Part shown: positions 54,679 to 64,000 of the stretch, one piece after another
How the letters are laid out: each line of letters starts with the position of its first letter
How positions within the stretch are numbered: position 1 is the first letter of the stretch
DNA from: Boseongicola sp.
GTDB lineage: Bacteria; Pseudomonadota; Alphaproteobacteria; Rhodobacterales; Rhodobacteraceae
DNA: 64,000 bases
Direction: 5' to 3'
Assembly: GCA_014075275.1 (NCBI GenBank)
Contig: CP046179.1
Location: forward strand, 503,932-567,931
Program-made: the position numbers and the translations under genes
The notes under the pieces: model-generated
The model's input: only the letters and a program-made list of their open reading frames with translations
What the model was told of the DNA's origin: nothing
Databases searched by the model: none

Positions 54679-56181
54679 ATGCAGACCCGGGCCAGGACAA
54701 AAACGCTTGCCGAGCTTGGGCTGACTGCGCGCAATGCTAATGGTGTGCGGATAACCGGTCTGGCAGTGGATAGTCGCGACGTCAAAGAGGGCAATTTGTT
54801 TGCCGCTTTGCCTGGTACCACGGTGCATGGGGCTGAATTTATTCATTATGCCATACGGATGCGCGCGGGTGCGGTTCTGACAGATCGCGAGGGGGTATCG
54901 CTGGCCTCGGATATCTTGCGCGACAGTGGTGTTCCATTGGTTGTGGCCGAAGACCCGCGCGAGGCGCTGGCGTTTACTGCATCGCTTTGGTTCGAGGCAC
55001 AGCCCGAGGTCATCGTGGCCGCAACCGGCACCAATGGTAAAACCAGTGTGGCGACATTTGCCCGTCAGATCTGGGCCGAGATGGGGGCCGAGGCAGTCAA
55101 TCTGGGCACGACAGGGGTTGAAGGGGCTTTCACCGCGCCGTTGCAGCATACGACACCGGAACCGATTACCCTGCACAAGATGCTGGCGCGGATCGCGGAT
55201 GCGGGGATAACCCATGCTGCGATGGAGGCTTCATCTCACGGATTGGCGCAAAAGCGGTTGGACGGTGTGCGGCTGTCGGCGGCAGCGTTCACCAACCTGA
55301 GCCAGGACCATCTGGATTATCACGATACGTTTGAAGAGTATTTTGAGGCCAAGGCGGGTCTGTTTGACCGCGTGTTGCCGGACGATGGTACGGCGGTGAT
55401 CAATATAGATGACGCTTGGGGTCCGCGCATGGCGGATGTGGTTGATGCACGGGGGCAGGATTTGCTGACCGTCGGGCGCAGCGAAGGCGCGGCCATTCAG
55501 ATATTGGGCCAGCGGTTTGATGCGACAGGGCAGGAATGCCGGTTTGAATGGGGCGGCAAGGTTCGGCAAGTGCGTTTGGGATTGATCGGTGGGTTTCAGG
55601 CCGAGAATGCGCTGATGGCGGCTGGGCTTTGTATTGCGACGGGCGCTGATCCCGACGAGACTTTTGACAGTTTGCACGCTTTGGAGACGGTGCGCGGGCG
55701 AATGCAGTTTGCGGCGCGGCGCGATAATGGGGCGACGGTGTTTGTTGATTATGCGCATACGCCTGAAGCTTTGGCGACGGCGCTTCGTGCGATCCGGCCA
55801 CATGTGTTAGGTCGGCTGATCGTGGTTTTCGGTGCCGGAGGTGATCGTGATACCGGGAAGCGACCTTTGATGGGCGAGGCGGCGGCGCGAAATGCGGATG
55901 TTGTGATCGTGACGGATGACAATCCGCGCAGTGAGGAGCCAAGTGTAATTCGGGCGGCTGTGAAGGCGGGAACCGAGGGGTGTCCGGCAGAAGTGACCGA
56001 AGTTGGTGATCGGGCCGAGGCGATATTGCGCGGTGTCGATGCCTTGGGTGCAGGCGATACGTTGTTGATTGCGGGCAAGGGCCACGAGACGGGTCAGGTC
56101 GTTGGCGATGATGTGTTGCCTTTTGATGATGTAGAACAGGCCAGCATCGCTGTGGCGGCGTTGGACGGTAAGGGGCTTTGA
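54679..56181 (+). CDS. murE: UDP-N-acetylmuramoyl-L-alanyl-D-glutamate--2,6-diaminopimelate ligase
   Basis: GTNGKTS P-loop, the DNPR motif (VTDDNPRSE) and dcw position. Confidence 0.95.
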   Translation: MQTRARTKTLAELGLTARNANGVRITGLAVDSRDVKEGNLFAALPGTTVHGAEFIHYAIRMRAGAVLTDREGVSLASDILRDSGVPLVVAEDPREALAFTASLWFEAQPEVIVAATGTNGKTSVATFARQIWAEMGAEAVNLGTTGVEGAFTAPLQHTTPEPITLHKMLARIADAGITHAAMEASSHGLAQKRLDGVRLSAAAFTNLSQDHLDYHDTFEEYFEAKAGLFDRVLPDDGTAVINIDDAWGPRMADVVDARGQDLLTVGRSEGAAIQILGQRFDATGQECRFEWGGKVRQVRLGLIGGFQAENALMAAGLCIATGADPDETFDSLHALETVRGRMQFAARRDNGATVFVDYAHTPEALATALRAIRPHVLGRLIVVFGAGGDRDTGKRPLMGEAAARNADVVIVTDDNPRSEEPSVIRAAVKAGTEGCPAEVTEVGDRAEAILRGVDALGAGDTLLIAGKGHETGQVVGDDVLPFDDVEQASIAVAALDGKGL

Positions 56182-57629
56182 GTGTGCTTTGGACATCTGG
56201 CGACGCTACGGTGGCGACAGGCGGTGTCTTGCAGGGTGGTGCCTGGGAAGCCACGGGCGTTTCGATTGATACACGCACGATTGAGCCGGGGGATTTGTTC
56301 GTGGCGCTGACAGATGTGCGCGACGGGCATGATTTCGTGGCGGATGCGTTGGCGAAGGGTGCGGTGGCGGCGTTGGTGTCGCGGGTGCCGGATGGCGTTG
56401 GGCCTGATGCGGCGTTGTTGGTGGTTGATGATGTGTTGGCGGGCTTGGAGCGGCTGGGAGTCGCGGCACGAGCGCGGACCGGTGCGAAGGTGATTGCCGT
56501 GACGGGGTCGGCAGGGAAAACCTCGACCAAGGAGATGTTGCGGCAGGTGTTGGCTGGGCAGGGACAGACCCATGCGGCTGAGGCGAGTTACAACAATCAT
56601 TGGGGCGTGCCTTTGACATTGGCGCGGATGCCGGTGGAGACGGATTTTGCGGTGATTGAGATCGGGATGAACCATCCGGGCGAGATTGCTCCTTTGGCAA
56701 AGATGACACGCCCGCATGTGGCGATAGTGACAACAGTGGCGGCAGCGCATCTGGAGGCGTTTGACGGGATTGAAGGGATCGCGCATGAGAAAGCGGCGAT
56801 CTTTGAAGGACTGGAACCGGGCGGCGCAGCGGTGTTTAATGCTGACGTTGAGACTGCCGGAATTTTGCGTGCGAAAGCAGAGGCTTGCGTAGAGACGGCA
56901 ATCGGATTTGGCGCGTTGCCGGGGGCGCTTTTGCAGGCGGATGATATTCGATTGTCCGAACATGCCAGCGTTGTGCAGGGACAATTTCGAGGCGAGCCGT
57001 TTCTATTTAAAGTCGGAGCACCGGGACGGCATTTCGCAATGAACGCCTTGGCGGTATATGGTGCTGCCTGTCTGGCAGGCGCTGACCCGGCGGTGCTGGC
57101 CTGCGATATCGGGCAATGGAGCGCACCGGTTGGGCGCGGACAGCGCGAGCGCATTGCATTGGATCCTGTGCTGGATCACTCCATCGAGCTTATCGACGAT
57201 GCCTTCAATGCCAATCCGGCCTCAATGGCGGCGGCGTTCTGGGTGTTGTCAGTGATCCCGGTGGAAGACGGCGTGGGGCGCATCGGCAAAGGACGGCGGA
57301 TCGCAATCCTGGGTGACATGTTAGAGCTTGGAGACAGCGAAGAGGCCTTGCACGCAGGTCTGGCCGAGCATCCGGCGATGGCATCGATTGATCGGGTCCA
57401 TTGTGTAGGCCCGAGAATGCGCGCCCTTTATGAGGCAATTGGTGAAGAAAAGCGCGGAAGGTGGGTGGACTCCGCTGAGGCTTTGGCTTCTCAGACGCAC
57501 CAATTGGTGGATGCAGGCGACGTGGTGCTGGTTAAGGGCTCGAAGGGGAGCCGAGTCAGTCTGGTGGTTGATGCACTGAAGAAACTTGGGCAACAGCCCG
57601 CGCGCGTAATGGCGAAGGGACAGGCATAG
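56178..57629 (+). CDS. murF: UDP-N-acetylmuramoyl-tripeptide--D-alanyl-D-alanine ligase
   Basis: GSAGKTSTKEM P-loop, Mur ligase domains and a 4-nt overlap with murE. Confidence 0.93.
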   Translation: MSVLWTSGDATVATGGVLQGGAWEATGVSIDTRTIEPGDLFVALTDVRDGHDFVADALAKGAVAALVSRVPDGVGPDAALLVVDDVLAGLERLGVAARARTGAKVIAVTGSAGKTSTKEMLRQVLAGQGQTHAAEASYNNHWGVPLTLARMPVETDFAVIEIGMNHPGEIAPLAKMTRPHVAIVTTVAAAHLEAFDGIEGIAHEKAAIFEGLEPGGAAVFNADVETAGILRAKAEACVETAIGFGALPGALLQADDIRLSEHASVVQGQFRGEPFLFKVGAPGRHFAMNALAVYGAACLAGADPAVLACDIGQWSAPVGRGQRERIALDPVLDHSIELIDDAFNANPASMAAAFWVLSVIPVEDGVGRIGKGRRIAILGDMLELGDSEEALHAGLAEHPAMASIDRVHCVGPRMRALYEAIGEEKRGRWVDSAEALASQTHQLVDAGDVVLVKGSKGSRVSLVVDALKKLGQQPARVMAKGQA

Positions 57630-58712
57630 ATGCTATATTGGTTAACCCTATTTTCCGACGGCGGGGACGCCTTCAACCTGTTCAGATATATCACTTTTCG
57701 GGCCGGTGGCGCATTCTTTACCGCTTTAATTTTCGGGTTCATTTTTGGCCGCCCACTGATCAATGCCTTGCGACGCAAACAAGGTAAGGGACAGCCCATT
57801 CGGGAAGATGGTCCTGAGGGTCATTTTTCCAAGGCGGGAACGCCGACGATGGGCGGGTTGCTGATTGTGGGTGCGGTTCTGACGGCAACCCTGATGTGGG
57901 CGCGGCTGGACAATCCTTTTGTGTGGATGGTTCTGGCCGTCACCATGGGCTTTGCCGCCATCGGATTTGCGGATGACTATGCCAAAGTTTCCAAGCAGTC
58001 GTCGGGCGGTGTGTCCGGACGGGTGCGTTTGGGTCTTGGTTTCATTATTGCGGGTGTCGCGGCCTATTGGGCGTCGATGTATCATCAGGGGGATTTGCAG
58101 TATTCAGTGGCCTTTCCCGTGTTGAAAGATTTGCTGCTATATATGGGCGTTTTGTTCATTCCATTTGCGATGATTGTGATCGTTGGGGCGGCGAATGCGG
58201 TGAACCTGACGGACGGGTTGGACGGGTTGGCGATTATGCCGGTGATGATTGCGGCGGGAACACTGGGCGTCATTGCCTATGCGGTTGGGCGGACAGATTT
58301 TACCCAATATCTGGACGTGCACTACGTTGAAGGCACAGGCGAACTGCTGATATTTACTGCCGGGTTGATCGGCGGGGGTCTTGGATTTCTATGGTACAAC
58401 GCACCCCCGGCGGCAGTATTCATGGGCGACACGGGTTCGCTGGCCCTTGGCGGGGCATTGGGCGCGATTGCAGTGGCCACAAAGCACGAGATTGTTCTGG
58501 GAATTGTTGGCGGTTTGTTCGTTGTTGAGGCGTTGAGTGTGATCATTCAGGTTGCCTATTTCAAAATGACCGGAAAGCGTGTGTTTCTGATGGCACCAAT
58601 TCACCATCACTTTGAAAAGCAGGGCTGGGCCGAGCCGCAGATTGTGATCCGGTTTTGGATCATCTCGTTGATCCTGGCATTGATTGGGCTGGCGACGCTG
58701 AAAGTTCGGTAA
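57630..58712 (+). CDS. mraY: Phospho-N-acetylmuramoyl-pentapeptide-transferase
   Basis: [37 protein letters not shown] and APIHHHFE. Confidence 0.97.
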   Translation: MLYWLTLFSDGGDAFNLFRYITFRAGGAFFTALIFGFIFGRPLINALRRKQGKGQPIREDGPEGHFSKAGTPTMGGLLIVGAVLTATLMWARLDNPFVWMVLAVTMGFAAIGFADDYAKVSKQSSGGVSGRVRLGLGFIIAGVAAYWASMYHQGDLQYSVAFPVLKDLLLYMGVLFIPFAMIVIVGAANAVNLTDGLDGLAIMPVMIAAGTLGVIAYAVGRTDFTQYLDVHYVEGTGELLIFTAGLIGGGLGFLWYNAPPAAVFMGDTGSLALGGALGAIAVATKHEIVLGIVGGLFVVEALSVIIQVAYFKMTGKRVFLMAPIHHHFEKQGWAEPQIVIRFWIISLILALIGLATLKVR

Positions 58713-58749
58713 AGGGCTGCGATCTGGCGATCGCAGGCGTGATGTTTTG

Positions 58750-58802
58750 CCGGGGATTTTGCATCCCCGGACCCCTGCAGAGTATTTCCACCAGAAAGAA
58801 TG
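58750..58802 (+). repeat. Dispersed intergenic repeat, R-family copy 4
   Basis: ccggggattttgcatccccgg hairpin, then acccctgcaGAGTATTTccacCAGAAAGAAtg. It lies inside the dcw cluster between mraY and a small membrane-protein gene. Confidence 0.8.
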
Positions 58803-58889
58803 TCCCGAGGTGGCGCTTGGCTTGTCTGTTGGAGGGGCTTGGGGCAATGTCGGCCCGACGGATTTCAAGGGCTCACTGAAAGGGACGAG

Positions 58890-59288
58890 ATGGGATTTCT
58901 TTTGCGCTGGGCTGCGGCCTTTGTCCTTTTGGTGGCAACGTTTAACCCCACAGATGTGAATTATGTGCGCTGGGCTTTGGCGAGCTGGCAGGAGCAAATG
59001 CCATTGGCGGTGTTGTTCGGGTTGGTTCTGGCAGTGGGCTATGTGCTTTTTCTGACCGCGATGCTGCGGGGAATTGGCCAGTTTGGAGCCGTTTTGGTTT
59101 TGGCGGTGATCGGAGCCTTGATCTGGGTGTTGTTCGATTTCGGGCTGTTGTCGTTGGATAATCGCAGTGCGCTGACATGGATTGCTTTGCTGGCACTTTC
59201 CTTTGTTCTGGCGGTGGGGATGTATTGGGGCATTCTGTGGCGGCGGATATCCGGACAATTGGAAGTGGACGACGAGGGCGAGGCGTGA
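58890..59288 (+). CDS. Small integral membrane protein, unknown function, inside the dcw cluster
   Basis: 132 aa with four hydrophobic helices ([18 protein letters not shown]...). It stops 4 nt before murD ATG 59293. Confidence 0.6.
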   Translation: MGFLLRWAAAFVLLVATFNPTDVNYVRWALASWQEQMPLAVLFGLVLAVGYVLFLTAMLRGIGQFGAVLVLAVIGALIWVLFDFGLLSLDNRSALTWIALLALSFVLAVGMYWGILWRRISGQLEVDDEGEA

Positions 59289-59292
59289 CGCG

Positions 59293-60708
59293 ATGATCCC
59301 GGTGCATGGATATGAAGGGCGGCGCGTTGTCGTATTGGGGCTGGGCCGGTCGGGCATGTCCGCGGCGCGGTCTTTGAAGGCGGGCGGTGCAGAGGCGCTG
59401 TGTTGGGACGATAGCGAGGCGGCGCGGGTTCGGGCCGAGGACGAAGGCTTGGTTGTGCATGACGTGACCAAGGCCGGGTCTTGGGAGGATGTGGCGGCTT
59501 TGATCGTGTCGCCGGGTATTCCGCATCTTTATCCTGAACCCAACAAATGGGTGGCACGCGCCATGGCGGCGGGTGTGCCGGTGGACAATGATATCGGGTT
59601 GTTTTTCAGATCGTTCGCCAATGGGACTTGGGAGCATTTCGCGGTTGCGCCACGGGTGATTGCAGTGACCGGGTCGAACGGAAAGTCGACCACGGCGGCA
59701 TTGATTCAGCATTGTCTGGAGGCGGCGGGACGCGAGAGCCAGTTGGCTGGCAACATCGGGCGCGGGGTTTTGGACATTGATCCGCCGGGGGATGGCGGGA
59801 TCGTGGTGTTGGAGCTGTCTTCTTATCAGACCGAATTGGCGCGGGCGATGACCCCGGACGTGGCGGTGTTTACCAATCTGACGCCGGATCATCTGGACCG
59901 GCATGGCGGGATGGGGGGATACTTTGCAGCCAAGCGGCGATTGTTTGCGGAAGGCGGGCCGGATAGGGCGGTGATCGGCGTGGACGAAGCCGAGGGGCGA
60001 TATCTGGTCAATCAATTGTCGGAAGGGCCGGGGGATGATCGGGTGATCCGGGTTTCAGCGGCCGAAAAGCTGGACGGCGTGGGTTGGTCGGTTTTTGCGC
60101 GGAAAGGCTTTTTGGCAGAGTATCGCAAGGCGCGGCAGGTGGCCTCGATTGATTTGCGGGGCGTGCGTGGGCTGCCTGGGGCGCATAATCATCAGAATGC
60201 TTGCGCGGCCTATGCGGCTTGCCGGGCAGTGGGGATCGCGCCGCGAATGCTGGAGGATGCGTTCCAGACGTTTGGCGGGTTGCCGCACCGGTCGCAGGTG
60301 GTCGCCGAGGTTGGGGGGGTTCAATATGTGAATGACTCCAAGGCGACGAATGTGGATAGCGCGGCCAAGGCGCTGGCTGCATTCAAGAAAATTCGCTGGA
60401 TTGTCGGTGGTCAGGTGAAGGATGGCGGCCTTGGGTCATTGCGCCCGATGATGGGATCGGTTGTGAAGTCCTATGTGATCGGGCGACATGCGGCCGATGT
60501 GGCGCTGGAGCTGGGTGATGTGCCGCTGGTGGTTTGCGAGACCATGGAGCGGGCTGTTGGTTTGGCGGCGCGTGAGGCTGAGGCGGGGGAGACTGTATTG
60601 TTGGCTCCGGCGGCGGCGAGTTTTGATCAATACGACAGCTTTGAGCGCCGTGGTGAGGATTTTGTCCGGCTGGTTCAGAACCTGGAGAATGAAGGGGTGG
60701 GAGAATGA
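59293..60708 (+). CDS. murD: UDP-N-acetylmuramoylalanine--D-glutamate ligase
   Basis: [17 protein letters not shown] Rossmann-like N-terminus, GSNGKSTT P-loop and NDSKATN. Confidence 0.95.
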   Translation: MIPVHGYEGRRVVVLGLGRSGMSAARSLKAGGAEALCWDDSEAARVRAEDEGLVVHDVTKAGSWEDVAALIVSPGIPHLYPEPNKWVARAMAAGVPVDNDIGLFFRSFANGTWEHFAVAPRVIAVTGSNGKSTTAALIQHCLEAAGRESQLAGNIGRGVLDIDPPGDGGIVVLELSSYQTELARAMTPDVAVFTNLTPDHLDRHGGMGGYFAAKRRLFAEGGPDRAVIGVDEAEGRYLVNQLSEGPGDDRVIRVSAAEKLDGVGWSVFARKGFLAEYRKARQVASIDLRGVRGLPGAHNHQNACAAYAACRAVGIAPRMLEDAFQTFGGLPHRSQVVAEVGGVQYVNDSKATNVDSAAKALAAFKKIRWIVGGQVKDGGLGSLRPMMGSVVKSYVIGRHAADVALELGDVPLVVCETMERAVGLAAREAEAGETVLLAPAAASFDQYDSFERRGEDFVRLVQNLENEGVGE

Positions 60709-61703
60709 CGGATATGGTGCTCTGGGGCGTTTTGGGGGCGAGTAATTTTGCCAAGGAACAGATGGCTCCGGCGATCAATATGGCGAATGGTGCTGAGCTG
60801 GCGGCAATTGCCACTTCGGACCCTGCCAAGGCTGAACCCTTTCGGGCGTTTGCGCCGGGGTTGCGGGTTTTTGAGGATTATGACGCCATGCTGGCCGATC
60901 CGGATATTGATGCGATCTATGTTCCACTGCCGAACCATCTGCATGTTGAGTGGACGCTGAAAGTGCTGGCAGCGGGCAAGGCGGTCTTGTGTGAAAAGCC
61001 GATTGCGATGAGTGCCGGGGAGTTCGATCAGTTGATTGCGGCGCGGGATGCGTCGGGTTTGCTGGCGGCGGAAGCCTATATGATTGTGCATCATCCGCAG
61101 TGGCAGCGCGCACGTGAACTGGTGCAGGGCGGTGCGATTGGGGACCTGACCCATGTGGATGGGTTTTTCAGCTATAACAATGCCTTGGACACTGATAATA
61201 TTCGCAATCGGCCAGAGACGGGGGGTGGGTCCCTGCCGGATATTGGCGTTTACACCATGGGGTCGGCGCGGTTTGTCACCGGCGAAGAACCTGTCAGTGC
61301 GACAGCAGAAATCGTCTGGGAGAATGGTGTGGATGTGACCACCCATGCGACGGCGAATTTCCCGTCATTTAGGTTTCAGGCGACGACATCGATGCGGATG
61401 CATCCCCGCCAGGAAATGACGTTTCATGGGGCGGACGGGATCATTCGGCTGACGGCCCCGTATAATGCCAGCGTCTTTGGCGAGGCGAGATTAGAGATAC
61501 ATCGCAATACGCACAAACCTGGTGGTGCGCCTGCTGTGACCGTTGAGCGGTGGCCGGGGGCCAATCACTATGTCTTGCAGGTTGAGAACTTTGGCCGGGC
61601 GATGCGGGGAGAGATCGACTATCCCTGTCCGCTGGAGTTCAGTCGGGGCACGCAGGCGATGATTGATATGGTGTTTGCGGCTGCCAATAAGGCGGAGAGC
61701 TAG
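60705..61703 (+). CDS. Gfo/Idh/MocA family oxidoreductase
   Basis: N-terminal Rossmann fold ([18 protein letters not shown]), LCEKP motif and an ATGA overlap with murD. Confidence 0.85.
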   Translation: MTDMVLWGVLGASNFAKEQMAPAINMANGAELAAIATSDPAKAEPFRAFAPGLRVFEDYDAMLADPDIDAIYVPLPNHLHVEWTLKVLAAGKAVLCEKPIAMSAGEFDQLIAARDASGLLAAEAYMIVHHPQWQRARELVQGGAIGDLTHVDGFFSYNNALDTDNIRNRPETGGGSLPDIGVYTMGSARFVTGEEPVSATAEIVWENGVDVTTHATANFPSFRFQATTSMRMHPRQEMTFHGADGIIRLTAPYNASVFGEARLEIHRNTHKPGGAPAVTVERWPGANHYVLQVENFGRAMRGEIDYPCPLEFSRGTQAMIDMVFAAANKAES

Positions 61704-61748
61704 GGCTGCAACTGCCCGAATCTAACGCGTGAACGGAGCGAATTAGGG

Positions 61749-61790
61749 CTGTCTGTATCGCGTCGGTAATACGTCGGTATTGCGTCGGTG
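61749..61790 (+). repeat. Dispersed intergenic repeat, T-family copy C
   Basis: ctgt-ATCGCGTCGGT-AATACGTCGGT-ATTGCGTCGGT-g. It starts 46 nt after the oxidoreductase stop. Confidence 0.85.
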
Positions 61791-61975
61791 CCATCGAACG
61801 GTGGGTTTTGGTTTCATTTACTTGTTGGAATCGGATTTCGACGCGAAATCCGGGGAGCGGGCTGGTGCCCGCTTGCCTTCGGCGAGGATATTTTTGGGCC
61901 GATAATGGACCCGTCAGGTCACCGAATGCCTTGGAACGCGAGAATGTGCAGCGATGCCCCAGGTCGCGTGGACGA

Positions 61976-62617
61976 TCAGTGCTCGGTCTTGGCAAAATCG
62001 ATGCGGACGGAACGGGCACCGGGGAAGAGTTTTGCGCGAAGATCGTCAGGCACGTTGAACGAGCCTGCGCCATTTGCCGACGCCATGAAGTTGACGAGAC
62101 GCGGGGTCACGCGGCGGCTGTTCACCAGATCGCCAGTTGGAACGGCAATGCGGTTCATACCGCGGTTCAGACCGGTTTCAACGATATAGACGAAATCACG
62201 ACCACGGCGGCGAATGGATACTGGCAAGTGATCGGCTGTGCCGGTTTCCGGTGCTTCGTTTTCATCCAGAAGCGCCTGACATTCTGCCTTTGCTGTGTCG
62301 CCAAGATCGTCTGTTTTGGTTTTCAGGCCCGGACGTGGCTTGACCATCTGCGATGCCGGCCGTGTCTGAGCCTTGGCCTTTTCCCAGTAGTCCGCATTTG
62401 TCTGACCGCTTTCACAGCGGTCTTTCAACAGGCTGTAGGCCGCGTTGATATTTGCCAGTTGGTCATTGCTGCCAACACCCCGGTCGGGGTGCATTTCGAA
62501 GGCAAGCTTTTTCCAGGCTTCGCGAATTTGGGGTTCAGAGGCATAGGCCGGAACACCAAGGATATCCTGGGCTTCGGCGACAGCTTTTGCTTTGGCAAGA
62601 GGGGTCATCTGGGGCAC
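61976..62617 (-). CDS. J-domain (DnaJ-like) protein with uncharacterised C-terminal region
   Basis: ILGVPAYASEPQIREAWKKLAFEMHPDRG carries the HPD tripeptide of J domains. The remaining ~140 aa are unrecognised. Confidence 0.75.
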   Translation of the reverse strand: MPQMTPLAKAKAVAEAQDILGVPAYASEPQIREAWKKLAFEMHPDRGVGSNDQLANINAAYSLLKDRCESGQTNADYWEKAKAQTRPASQMVKPRPGLKTKTDDLGDTAKAECQALLDENEAPETGTADHLPVSIRRRGRDFVYIVETGLNRGMNRIAVPTGDLVNSRRVTPRLVNFMASANGAGSFNVPDDLRAKLFPGARSVRIDFAKTEH

Positions 62618-62797
62618 TACTCACTACTTTTAGAACTTTGCGCGATGCGAACATTCAAGTTGTCCGCTGACCGATCCTTTGGCGGGGTGGAAAGAGAGGC
62701 GGTGGATGCCTCGCTAACCGGATCGGTTACACAAAATTCAGTCACTCGTTACACGCACCAAACTGCTGGCGCTCTTAATGTGTAGCAAACTTTCGCC

Positions 62798-62812
62798 TTA
62801 ATTTCGAGTTAA
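62798..62812. promoter_or_regulatory. Full CtrA-type box TTAA-N7-TTAA
   Basis: TTAAtttcgagTTAA in AT-rich intergenic DNA, about 180 nt upstream of the J-domain gene start. Confidence 0.3.
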
Positions 62813-63036
62813 ATGCGCGAATCTGGGGTCAAAAAACCGGATACAGATCGTTTCCAGATTTCATACATTCCAGAGAGTTTAGAAATTATCACGTCAAATT
62901 AACATCTTACATGTTTACGTCCGCGTCAACTTTGCTACGTTTAGCATTAGGAGTGTTGATGGTGTTTAAGTAGATTTAATGCAGAATTTTTATTCAAACG
63001 CTGGGATATCAGCGAATCCCACCCCCAACCGTCCCG

Positions 63037-64000
63037 TTATTTCAGGCGTTCCGGCAGGGCATTAGCCCAGGCGCTGATGGTGCCTGCGCCAAGGCAAACA
63101 ACGATATCGCCGGAGCGGGCCTGTTCGCGGACAAGGCGTTCAAGATCGTTTTCGCTGACGACGGCGCGGGCGTGGCGGTGACCGTGGCGGATAAGACCTG
63201 CAACAAGGTCTTCGCGGGTGGCGCCGGGAATGGGGTCTTCGCCAGCGCCGTAAATCTCGGCGATGCCGACGACATCGGCGTCGTTAAAGCAGGTGCAGAA
63301 GTCTTCGAACAGGGATGACAGGCGCGAGTAGCGGTGCGGTTGGTGCACGGCGATGACGCGTGCATCCGGGTTATCGCCAACGGCTTGGCGTGCGGCTTTT
63401 AGAACGGCCGCAATTTCGACCGGGTGGTGGCCGTAGTCGTCGATAATAGCCACGCCGTCGACCTCGCCGACTTTGGTGAAGCGGCGGTTGACGCCTTTGA
63501 AGGTTTCGAGCGCGTCCTTGATCTGGGCGGCCTTCATGCCGAGGTGGCGGGCCACAGCGACGGCGGCCAGAGCGTTAGAGACGTTGTGGTCGCCGGGCAT
63601 GGGCAGAGAGCAATCTTCGATGACAATCTCATCGGCGCTGAGCGCGATGTCGAAATGGGCGATGCCGCCTTCGTAGCGCAGGTTAACGGCGCGGACGTCG
63701 GCCTGGGCGTTGAAGCCAAAGGTGACGACCCGGCGGTCGGTAATGCGTCCGACAAGGGCCTGCACCTCGGGGTGGTCGGTGCACAACACGGCGAGGCCAT
63801 AGAACGGGATGTTCGAGACGAAATCATCGAAACCTTTGCGCAGGTTTTCGATGGTGCTCCAATGTTCCATATGCTCGGGGTCGATGTTGGTGACGATGGC
63901 GATGGTGGCAGGCAGGCGGTTGAATGTGCCGTCGCTTTCGTCCGCCTCGACCACCATCCATTCGCCCTGACCAACGCGGGCGTTGCTGTCGTAGGCGTGG
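63037..64000 (-). CDS. murC: UDP-N-acetylmuramate--L-alanine ligase (C-terminal ~320 codons; 5' end lies beyond the window)
   Basis: [43 protein letters not shown] and HQPHRYSR align with E. coli MurC blocks. The frame is open to position 64000. Confidence 0.93.
   Translation of the reverse strand, partial: HAYDSNARVGQGEWMVVEADESDGTFNRLPATIAIVTNIDPEHMEHWSTIENLRKGFDDFVSNIPFYGLAVLCTDHPEVQALVGRITDRRVVTFGFNAQADVRAVNLRYEGGIAHFDIALSADEIVIEDCSLPMPGDHNVSNALAAVAVARHLGMKAAQIKDALETFKGVNRRFTKVGEVDGVAIIDDYGHHPVEIAAVLKAARQAVGDNPDARVIAVHQPHRYSRLSSLFEDFCTCFNDADVVGIAEIYGAGEDPIPGATREDLVAGLIRHGHRHARAVVSENDLERLVREQARSGDIVVCLGAGTISAWANALPERLK

Noticed and set aside
54286-60015. Series of long minus-strand ORFs (54286-55215, 55400-56530, 56094-56984, 58389-59471, 58942-60015)
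   Set aside because: All are antisense to ftsI, murE, murF, mraY or murD, which are confidently identified. The translations are Arg/Pro/His-rich low-information sequences.
1-64000. Search for mobile elements, prophage, toxin-antitoxin or defence-system genes, tRNA/rRNA genes and CRISPR arrays
   Set aside because: I found no transposase, integrase, recombinase, nuclease-helicase or Cas-like translation among the ORFs. No cloverleaf-like tRNA sequence appeared in the intergenic regions I read. The only repeats are the two short dispersed families reported above.

Overview
This 64-kb window is a chromosomal segment that looks like a Rhodobacterales-type alphaproteobacterium. The evidence for that is an L33 gene, tkt-zauP-zapA, a taurine/sulfoacetaldehyde cluster, a DUF1127 gene with a CCUCCUCCC-motif sRNA, a VPLPA-CTERM protein, and a long structured leader upstream of mraZ. 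Most of it is densely packed housekeeping and metabolic genes: tkt, zapA, mgtE, ilvD, accD, folC, sseA, apbC and mraZ-rsmH-ftsL-ftsI-murE-murF-mraY-murD. I saw no rRNA, tRNA, CRISPR array, transposase, integrase or recognisable defence genes. The observations I consider most worth follow-up are:
(1) A pair of uncharacterised, tightly linked genes (26002-27142) whose junction is a diverged 52-nt tandem duplication that repeats a 13-residue peptide.
(2) A divergent pair made of a small Cys-containing VPLPA-CTERM protein and a CPBP intramembrane protease.
(3) A CcsR/cuckoo-type sRNA in the 3' region of a DUF1127 gene, with an unusually long perfect 22-bp stem.
(4) A roughly 780-nt region upstream of the dcw cluster with an array of RTGGGA boxes, an AT-rich core and an UpsM-like terminated leader RNA.
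(5) CTGGnYYTA direct-repeat pairs upstream of tpa, tauR and xsc.
(6) Two dispersed intergenic repeat families, one built from three tandem 11-nt units.
(7) A dcw cluster that breaks after murD, followed by a translationally coupled Gfo/Idh/MocA gene, a J-domain gene and an inverted murC.
(8) A signal-peptide-bearing Lys/Ala-rich protein and a very acidic, probably disordered protein.
All functional calls come from reading the translated ORFs and from motif recall. No database search was run.
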